From: Vicugna vicugna | Taxonomy: Eukaryota | Direction of reading: 5' to 3' | Assembly: GCA_013265495.1 (NCBI GenBank) | Contig: MU058557.1 | Span: 124,001 to 188,000, forward strand | Length of the DNA stretch: 64,000 bases | Shown here: positions 1 through 8,222 of the stretch, one piece after another | How the letters are laid out: each line of letters begins with the position of its first letter | Numbering within the stretch: position 1 is the stretch's first letter | Program-made: the position numbers and the translations under genes | Notes under the pieces: model-generated | Told to the model about the DNA's origin: nothing | Seen by the model: the letters and a program-made list of their open reading frames with translations, nothing else | Databases searched by the model: none

Positions 1-538
1 CAGGGCGGCCACCCCTTGGGCAGCACTGCCCAGACCCCAAGAGGCTGAGCCCAGAGGGCTCCAAGCCGCCCTCACTGACCCTGGAACCAGCTGACAGGAG
101 CCCCTAGAAGTGACCAGGCTTCGGCCAGGACACTGGCGTTTCCATCCTGTGGGCGGGGGCTGCTGGAGCCATAAGCCTCTGCTGGTGACTCAGGAAACAC
201 CTTGTCTGGTCATGGTTCATACACCAGATGGGTGCCCAAGACCTGTGACTCCCAAGTGCACGTGGAGTGAGTCCAAGGTGCGAGGTCATGTAAGCGTATC
301 AGTGTGTAAGCGTGTGTGGTCATGTGAGCTAGTCTCCACCACATGTGCCCAGCCAGAGGTCCCCCAGGACCAGCTCTTCCCAAAGGGCTTCTTGGCCGAG
401 GTTTGTCTCCTGAAGCGTAGAAACGAGCTGCCCAGCCCTCCGCCCTGGAAACCGCCTCCTAACTCAGGGTCTCCCCAGCCCCCGGCAGACGGAGGGGCCA
501 CGGCTCCCAGCCCACAGCCCAGGCCCTGCACTACTTAC

Positions 539-550
539 CCAGGTAGGTGC
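539..550 (-). CDS. MTA1: MTA1 12-nt microexon in intron 18 (G|GC ACC TAC CTG G, GTYL)
   Basis: Minus strand reads TGCTAAC branch point (589-595), pyrimidine tract, tgatag|GCACCTACCTGG|gtaagt. Phase 1-1, in frame after exon 18. Confidence 0.8.
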
Positions 551-2302
551 CTATCAGAGGGGTGGGCAGCGGGGGAAAGAAAGCACAGGTTAGCATCAGG
601 AGTGAATGCGTGCACCGGCGGGCCAGGAGGCAGGTGTGGGGTGCATAGCATGGGCGCGTGGGGGGTGGGCTAGTGAGTTAAGGCTCCAGCAGTGCCAGGG
701 GCCGGGCCCTCGCCCAGTTAGCTTCCATCTGCCCCCCGGCCACCCCGCAGGACCCCAAGTGGGCCCCTGATACCCCCAGGACCCGCCCGCACATCAACTT
801 TGTAAAACCCAACAGAACTAAATGGACTTTATCCCTCCTGCTAATTAGCGTTTTTTCACACAGAGTCCCAAACCCAAAGCTATCTGCTGACAAGCACCCG
901 TCTGCTCTCCTGTGATCAGACCACTGCGGGGGTGCCTGTCGTGGTGGGCAGCCCACTGGCAGGCGGCCGTGGGGCTGATCAAGGAGGGTGTGGCTGGGCT
1001 GAGATGCAGCTGGCTCCCGCCCTTGGACCCCGACCGAGGGGCTGGTGGATGAGGCGGAGGGACAGGGGGCCTGGGGCCGCCGAGAGAGCCTGTGTCCAGA
1101 CGGAGTGAGACGGCAGGATCTGGCACCAGCGCTATTGGCTGACCCCATAGGACGTGCCTACCGGGGCTCCCAGACACGGCCTAGAGGGAATGCCCAGGTG
1201 AACAGGGCTGGGCTGGACGCCACTGCCCTCTGCCACCTCCCAGGACCCCGTGTCTGGCCCACCTCCCTCAGATCCCAGGAGAGGATCAAACACGGTCTTC
1301 CCCTTGGCCAGCCCTCCCACGGCCCACAGCCCTCAAGCCCTGAGCCTGTGGAGGGCTCTGGGTATGTGCACGCTGGGGGCGCACAGCACTGGGGTGCCAC
1401 TCTGGAACTGGCCTCCCTATCCTGAAGGGCTGGCTGGAGGAGCTCCAAGTGCATTTCCCGTGTCCCCACCCCCCAGCCTGGCTCCCTGTCTGCCTTCCCG
1501 GCGCGGTCTTGCCGTGGGCTGACTTTCGGGGCACCGGGGCCCACAGGGCTGATGTGTCCCTCCCTGCCACGTGGTCCCTCCCCTGAGGACCCCACGCTAG
1601 AGCTGCCCAGGGCCCATGAACACACCTCCCCTAGCTAAGGGGGCAAAACCCAAGCTCTGGGTGACTGAGGGGACAGCGCCAGTGGAACCCTGATGATCAG
1701 AAGCCTCCTCCTGAGGTGCCCACCCAGTGCCCGATGGGGTAAGATTCCCATGGCGGCCCCCCATCCCGCACTACCTTCATGGCCTCAGTGACTTGGGAGA
1801 GGGCACTGCTACCTCACCTCCAGGACCCCCACCGCACCACGCCAGCCACACCACGGCTGTCCTATCTGCCTATGAGGGGCCCGGGGTCCCGCAGCCCCCC
1901 ACCGGGCAAGGGCGCAGGCGGGGGTTGCAGGCACAGCAAAGGCGGGCACGTGAGCTGAGGCTGGCAGCATGCGGGCGGTCACAGCACGACGCAGACGGTA
2001 AGGCGGGCGGCGGGGGCGCCAGGGCCACCCGAGCAAGGACAGTCCACTGACCGGGCGCTGGGCCAGGAAGGGGGGTAGCCCAAGAGCCAGGGGCCCTGGG
2101 ACAACAGGCGGCCTGTGGGCAAGTTGGGGGCCAGAGCAGCACTCAGGTCTCTGCCGAGCGACAGGTGAACCGGAGGGCAGGGCAGGGGGCAGCGGGGTGC
2201 GGCCCCGCCCGTGTGGACTGCCCTTGGACGTGCCCTGAGCCGGCCGGCCGCCACGCCAGGAGCACAGCACACGCGGCACCGTGCCGGCGCCCCAGGCCTT
2301 AC

Positions 2303-2338
2303 CCCTACTGGGCATCAAGAGGCGCTTCTTCACGTTGC
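2303..2338 (-). CDS. MTA1: MTA1 exon 18 (GNVKKRLLMPSRG), 36 nt
   Basis: cag|GCAACGTG...AGGG|gtaag; matches recalled MTA1 C-terminal region. Confidence 0.95.
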
Positions 2339-2460
2339 CTGGCAGCGCCCGCGGCAGGAGAGAGCAGAGAACACACGGTCAGCGGGCGCGGCGCGGCGGG
2401 GACCCGGGCCTGGCCCCCGGGCACAGGCTGTGCTGGCCGAGCCCAAGGCCCCGGACTCAC

Positions 2461-2613
2461 CGTCCACCCCGTTGTGCTGCTCGTAGCCCCTCTTGCCCAG
2501 GATGGTGGGGGAGCCGTTGTTGATGACAGGGGCCGCCTTGACCGGGGTCAGGCTGCTGAGCACACCGGACACGCTCTTCACAGGGTCGGGCTTGGGGGGG
2601 CGGGGATGGGTCT
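2461..2613 (-). CDS. MTA1: MTA1 exon 17 (ETHPRPPKPDP...YEQHNGVDG), 153 nt
   Basis: AG/GT boundaries; translation matches MTA1. Confidence 0.96.
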
Positions 2614-3403
2614 CTGTGGGGGGCAACGTGGGGGGTGCTCAATGGGTCATCAGCAGCATGACCCAGGAGAACACGGCCTGGGGTCCACGGAGACCAGGGC
2701 CCCAGAGAGCAGTACAGGCCTGCACCCCCATGGCCCAAGCCCCAACCACTGAGCGGGATCACCAGCGACTGCCAGCAGCTGACGGGCTCCGGGCTCCAGA
2801 CACCCACAAACAAGCAGACCCACCTAGGGACCACCAGAGCTGACGCACAGGGCTGGCCACATCTGCCAAGGCCCCCCGCCCGTGGATCCTCTCAGGACCT
2901 CCTCGCACAGGTCAGGGCGAGGCCAGGCCCAGGACCGAGACTGCAGACAGCAAGTGGAGCCGGGGCCACTTGTGTCTGCTTGGAGCAGCTTGGCTCACGG
3001 TCTTGGAATGTCCTTCTTGGAGGGAAAGCCACCTCCACCCCGGGGGGCAATGGCTCATGAGCCAGCCAAGCTTAGCCAAGCAAAGAGCCCTGCCCCTGCC
3101 CCTGCCCCCACAACCCTTGGGACAAGGATCGTGTGGCTGGTCGGGTGGCGGGTAAAGCCAGCCAAGGTGCTCAGGGCCCACACAGCACGAGGGCCTCCCC
3201 GAGGGCACAGGGCAGCCCCTGTGGGTGCTGGTCTAGTGTGCCCCACCCAGGCTCCCAGGGACTTCAAGGTCAAGGAGAGCGGATGGCAAGACAGGCGGGC
3301 TCGGTGTGCCCGAAGGGCTGGACCCTACTGGGGGATCGGGGCGCGGCTTCTCTGCAGGCCACCTGGCCCTCCCGCCGGGCTGAGGTGGAGGGGGCGGGCT
3401 CAC

Positions 3404-3493
3404 CAAGATACCGAAGGACGGCTTCCAGGGGCTTCCGCACGGCCTGCTTCAGCACGAGCGGGCTCTGGGAGGCTTCCGGCAGCCGGGCCGTGC
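3404..3493 (-). CDS. MTA1: MTA1 exon 16 (CTARLPEASQSPLVLKQAVRKPLEAVLRYL), 90 nt
   Basis: AG/GT boundaries; translation matches MTA1. Confidence 0.96.
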
Positions 3494-3583
3494 CTGCGGG
3501 GGGCCGGGGTCAGGACTCCTGCCCAGGCCTGTGCGCCCCTCCCCACCACCCGCGCCGCATCTCCCCGCGGGGCGGACACTCAC

Positions 3584-3773
3584 ACTCGGCCTTGATGGCT
3601 GCGCTGTTGATAGGCGTGTAGGGGTGCCGGGCAGCGTGCCACGGGCGCAGGATCTCTCGGCACAGGCGCCGGGCGATCCGCGTGAGCTTGGTGGTGTGCA
3701 GGTAGAAGGCCTGTCTCGTCTTCATGGCAAACTTGGGGCTCCCGCTGCTCCGGGCTGGGACGCCGTGGGGGCT
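3584..3773 (-). CDS. MTA1: MTA1 exon 15 ([25 protein letters not shown]...AAIKAE), 190 nt
   Basis: AG/GT boundaries; KTRQAF RBBP4-binding region. Confidence 0.97.
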
Positions 3774-3865
3774 CTGTGGAAGGGGGCGCGCGGCCCCGAC
3801 ACAGCGCCATGACCGAGGGCCGGGCCGTGGGGCACGTGCTGGGGCGGGGAGGAGGGCCCACTCAC

Positions 3866-4017
3866 CATGTTACTGCGGTTGGGTCCTGGCCTCTCCCCAT
3901 CTAACCGGGTTGGCATTTTCAAGCCACCATATTTCTTCCAATATGTCCAACAAGATGCGCAGAGACGACACTGCATGTTAGGGGGACCCCAAGAATACCA
4001 CTGGTAAGACTGGGTGG
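3866..4017 (-). CDS. MTA1: MTA1 exon 14 (GATA-like zinc finger, [26 protein letters not shown]), 152 nt
   Basis: tag|CCACC...ATG|gtgag; translation matches MTA1. Confidence 0.97.
3870..3970 (-). CDS. MTA1: Alternative-frame MTA1s tail from the internal exon 14 acceptor ([33 protein letters not shown])
   Basis: ATGCAG|TGTCG acceptor (AG at 3971-3972) joined to the phase-1 exon 13 donor gives 33 aa with LRILL, ending at TAA 3870-3872. Confidence 0.8.
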
Positions 4018-4255
4018 CTACGGACAACAAAGTTGGAGATAGACGCATTCTTAAGCAGAACCAGTGACGGCAGAGAGCATTACACAGCTGTCCCCGCCCG
4101 CCCTGTCCCCCCGGGCCCGGGCACCCCCTCGTACCCCAGGAGAGGGCTTCCCCAGGCAGGCTGTGGCCCCGTCCCCGGGACGGGCCCCGGGGCGGTGCAG
4201 GGGCGCCCAGTGCTGTGGGGCGGGGCACGCCCTGGCTGCCGGGCGGGGCACTTAC

Positions 4256-4371
4256 TGTAACAGCTCTCGCAGGCCCGGCCGGCCCCAGGGCTCTGGCCTG
4301 GCGCCCCTGCGCCGTTCACCGCGCCTGCCTTGACACTGTTGCCGCTGATCTGGTTTGGGTTCGGCTTGTTA
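4256..4371 (-). CDS. MTA1: MTA1 exon 13 (NKPNPNQIS...GRACESCY), 116 nt
   Basis: aag|TAACAAG...TACA|gtaag. Confidence 0.95.
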
Positions 4372-4745
4372 CTTAGGTAAGCGAGAGAGGGGAGTCACGG
4401 GAGCGCCAAGATGGGACGAGTGGCTCCGGGGCCCCGGCAGCACCCTCCACCCGACCCGCCTGGCCACGGTGGAGCCGCCCCCCCCGGCCCAGGGCGTACG
4501 GCCTTCCACCCCCGAAGTCCCAGGAGCAGCCCCCGCGGGGGTCCCAGCCCTCGTCTGCCCCCAGGTCCGTCTGCCTGGGCCTTGCCTTCAGCCACACCCC
4601 ACCTCACCTATCCCAGGCCACCAGGGGCTTTGGTGACAGGCCCCCAGTGCTCCTGGCACTAGGCAGGGTAGTGCCGCGGGACCCTCTGACGCCGGCACCC
4701 GCCGCCACCCCCAGGGAGAGCGGGGCAGCCACGAGGCGCACTTAC

Positions 4746-4804
4746 TAGTTGGGGATATAAACTTGCTTCAACTTGCTCTCTGCTTCCGCGGCTTTCAAGC
4801 GTTT
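4746..4804 (-). CDS. MTA1: MTA1 exon 12 (KRLKAAEAESKLKQVYIPNY), 59 nt
   Basis: gaag|AAACGC...AACTA|gtaag. Confidence 0.95.
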
Positions 4805-5023
4805 CTTCAAACACAAAACAGAGGGTCAGGGAGGCCAGCAGGTGCCGTCCCTGCACTGCCTCCCTCAGGAAGATCTTCGTGAGAGGTCGTCTTAAAATTC
4901 ACCCAGGGCCTGGCTGGCAGAGCAGCGGGTGCCCTGGGACACCTGCCCTCTGCCTCCCGCCCCTCGCCGCCCCCAGGCGCCCCGGCCCTGGAGAGAGGGG
5001 ACGGGCAAGGGTGGGCAGCTCAC

Positions 5024-5098
5024 CTGCTGCACGTATCTGTCGGTGGTCTTCCACATGTAGTAGTATTCGATGATGCTGGTGAGCGACTTCCAGGGCAG
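5024..5098 (-). CDS. MTA1: MTA1 exon 11 ([29 protein letters not shown]), 75 nt
   Basis: AG/GT boundaries; SANT domain C-terminal half. Confidence 0.97.
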
Positions 5099-6529
5099 CT
5101 AGGGAGGGAGGGGGGCGCATCAAGGCAGGGCGGGATGCGCTCTGTGGGGCGTGCCCTCCCCCAGCACGTCAGGACTCTTCTCCAAGTCACACTTCATCTG
5201 GGCAAACTCCAGCTTCTTAAAACACTTCACGGAAAGGGCTTCCTCCCTGGGCCTCCACACCCCCAAAGCACCTCCGTCCCTTGCTGGGCGAGCCTCCCTT
5301 CTCCGGCACAAGGCACACGGCAGGCCACCTGGACGTACTGCCCCATCCCCGCCCCGGGACTCGAAGCTGCACTGCTCCCACCAACAGCGCCCGGGAACCC
5401 TGCTCCAAGTCCCAGCGCCCTGGGTCGAGGCGCCCACTGTGGGCTCTGGAGACTCGAGCCTGAGTCCCAAGGGACCCTTAGGCTCTGGCCTGTGCATCCT
5501 GTGCCGCTGAGTTCACAGCGCTGCCTACAGAGCCAGCGTCCTACGCGCACACTAGGTGCTGACCCTGCACAGATTCACCTACAACTTGTGCCTTGCGAAG
5601 TGGAGAATTCGGACACCACATTTTGTCCACCTGGTCTGTCCCGACAGTGAGTCAGGGCCCCACAACACGTGGGTGACAGTGGCCAGGAGGACGGCATGTC
5701 CCCACCGCCCCCGTGGGGTCTGACCTGTCTCCTAGCTCTGCTTGGGATTTTGCAGGTTCTGCGTGTGTCTGCCTCACAGCGGGGCCGGCTCTCGGGGCTT
5801 GGCCTATGCCTCATGTCCCGCGGGGCTGCACAGGTCCCTCTGACAGCCACTGGGACCCATGCAGCCTGATGCGGCTTCTCCACCCTTAGTGGTTCCCACC
5901 TGCCTTCTGGAAGCCGCTCCACTGACACAGCCCCGTGGACCGGCCTCCTGTTACCGCCAAGCCCCTACTCTGAATTAGACGCTGGCGAGCCCGCTGCGGC
6001 CCAGGCCCTCCTCGGGGCTGCTAGTCAGGCTGCCTGGCCACCCTGCTGCCTTCTCTGCACCAACACACACTTTCGAGGGACCCGCCAGCCTCCCCATATC
6101 GGGGAGCTGCCCTCCGCTCAGATGAGTCTCGGTGTGTTCTAGGGGCCCTCAGGGCGTGGTGGGGGTCCCTGATGGCACAGGCCCTGTCCCTGTCTGCACT
6201 GGAACCCCCACGGGCTCACTGGGTGGACACTCTCAACACTTTCAAGGGACACAAAACAGCGGCATAAAAGGAGAGACTTAACTACTTAAAAAACAGCAAA
6301 CCAAACCAAATAAGCCAACTCAACCACGCACGGGGTTCCAATTGCTGGTGACGACCCCGGCGACACCAGCACTGGCCCTTGACCTGGCAGCACACGGCAC
6401 ACGTGGCTCTCAGCCCCCCCCACCAGGTGCCCCCGCGGGTCTCCTCTGGAGCCACTGACGGACGCTGGGCACGGAGACACGGTGGCCTTGGGGGGAGAAC
6501 TGGGTCCTAAGCTACCCCACGGCACTCAC

Positions 6530-6718
6530 AAAATCTTGCTGAATGTCTGTGAAATCCTTCCCATATTTTTCCAGGGCCTCCTCGAAAAGGCTGGCCTCCG
6601 AGGCCGACCACTCCTCCATCTCGTCCCTGCAGAGCACGGGCCCGCCCTGCGGCACCAGGGCTGAGATGGCCTTGGCGACGTCATACACGCTCCTGTGCAG
6701 TGTGTCCATGGCGTGGAA
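6530..6718 (-). CDS. MTA1: MTA1 exon 10 (FHAMDTL...[16 protein letters not shown]2/SANT), 189 nt
   Basis: AG/GT boundaries; translation matches MTA1. Confidence 0.97.
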
Positions 6719-7295
6719 CTGCAGCAGGAGAGGCAGGGTCACCCAGGCCCCGGCTCTGCTGCGAACCCCCCCCGGGCAGGGGGCACACCCAGGCCAAGTC
6801 TGGGAGGCCACAGGACAAGGGGGAGCCCCATGCAGGGCTCGCCAGCCCTCCTGCCTAGGAGAGAGCGAAGTCTCGGGGCGCAGCCAGGACGCATGGGGAC
6901 CCCAGGGCTCCAGGCAGAGCGTGGGGAGGCCCCTCCCAGAAGACCCAGGATGGGGTCGAGGGAAGGGTGGCTCAGCCAGGCCCGAGGCTGGCAGGCGGTG
7001 GGCGCTGACCTGCGGTCTCACAGCCATCCCCCCACCCCCACGGGTGCGGCACCCCCAGGAGGAGGTGCCCGGAGCAGGGCAGGCGCCGTGCACATGGGAG
7101 GGGCTGGCCTAGGGCAGGTGAGCCGTCTTCCAGAAGGCACACTACCACTCTGCGACAGGAGACTGCAGAGGAGCAAGACGGCCCCCTGCACAACAAGGCC
7201 CCAGCAAGGGTCACCGCCTGGGACAACCAGAAGCCGTGCGCTGCAATCCCAGGGGGGTGGGTGCCCCTGGTCTTGGCCTTCCAGTGGCCACTTAC

Positions 7296-7395
7296 CAGGG
7301 TGATGTCCCGGGAGGCGGCCGCGGCACTCATGTGCAGGCTGGGCTGTCGGACTGAGCTGCTGCAGTCCAGGGCCCGGGCGAAGGTCCCCACGGAG
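7296..7395 (-). CDS. MTA1: MTA1 exon 9 ([33 protein letters not shown]), 100 nt
   Basis: AG/GT boundaries; ELM2. Confidence 0.97.
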
Positions 7396-8119
7396 CTGGG
7401 GGGAGGAGAGACACTGAGCACCAGAGTGCACAAGCAGGAGGGGCGGCCAGACCGACCAGGACACATAAAGATGTGCCCAGACTCAGCCGTCCTGAGACGG
7501 AGCCCTTTGGTCTGGAGCAAGGGGCCGCCATCTCGGGTTTTCTGTAAACCTCTCCTTACTCAAGAGCCTCCAGGTCCTAATGCTCAAGACCCCGTTTCCA
7601 CGTTGTTTCCAACGGCACAGGACCCAGGAGCCTGCTGGATGCGTGGCCACCGTGCCTCACGGGGGCTCCCTTCTGCTGCCCCAGCCCAGGGACCTGCGAG
7701 GCCCTGGGTCTCTGAGGCCACATCTGTTGCAGCTGCCTCACCCAGTCCCCAGGGCAGAGCTAGATGAGTACCATCACCCAACCTACAGTCTTATTCAGCC
7801 TCTGCTGGCGGCGGCCCCTGGGGTACAGGGGCCGGCAGGTGGAGCTGCCCCAGGACCCACAGGGACACAGCTGCAGTCAGCAAACCCCAAGAGCCGTCTC
7901 CATATCCAGGGAAGGGCCAGGACCCTGCCTGGCCTCCTTGGGAACTGCAAAGCGGTCTTAACAGCAGAGGCCTGGCTCCTCTGACCTCCCACACCCTTCA
8001 CTGGGGTACGCCCTGCAAGGCAGACGCCATGGCCTCACGTCCTGACGCCTGCTGCAGGAGTGGGCAGCAGCTGTGCCCAGGGTCCAGGGACGGAACGGTC
8101 GCCCCGGCCCAGGACTCAC

Positions 8120-8222
8120 CGGGCCACCACCAGGAACTGGTCGACCTGCTTGTCTGTGAGCGGGTTGTGCGCCTCCCACACCTTGGTCTCCAGTTTGGAC
8201 TGGTCTCGGCCATCTTCCTCAC
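8120..8222 (-). CDS. MTA1: MTA1 exon 8 ([35 protein letters not shown]), 103 nt
   Basis: AG/GT boundaries; ELM2. Confidence 0.97.

Noticed and set aside
3323..3352. Resemblance to exon 18 (shared ccctactggg)
   Set aside because: Only about 10 nt identical and no matching splice donor
4168..4184. Inverted repeat CCCGTCCC-C-GGGACGGG in intron 13
   Set aside because: Short and nearly all GC; compatible with chance
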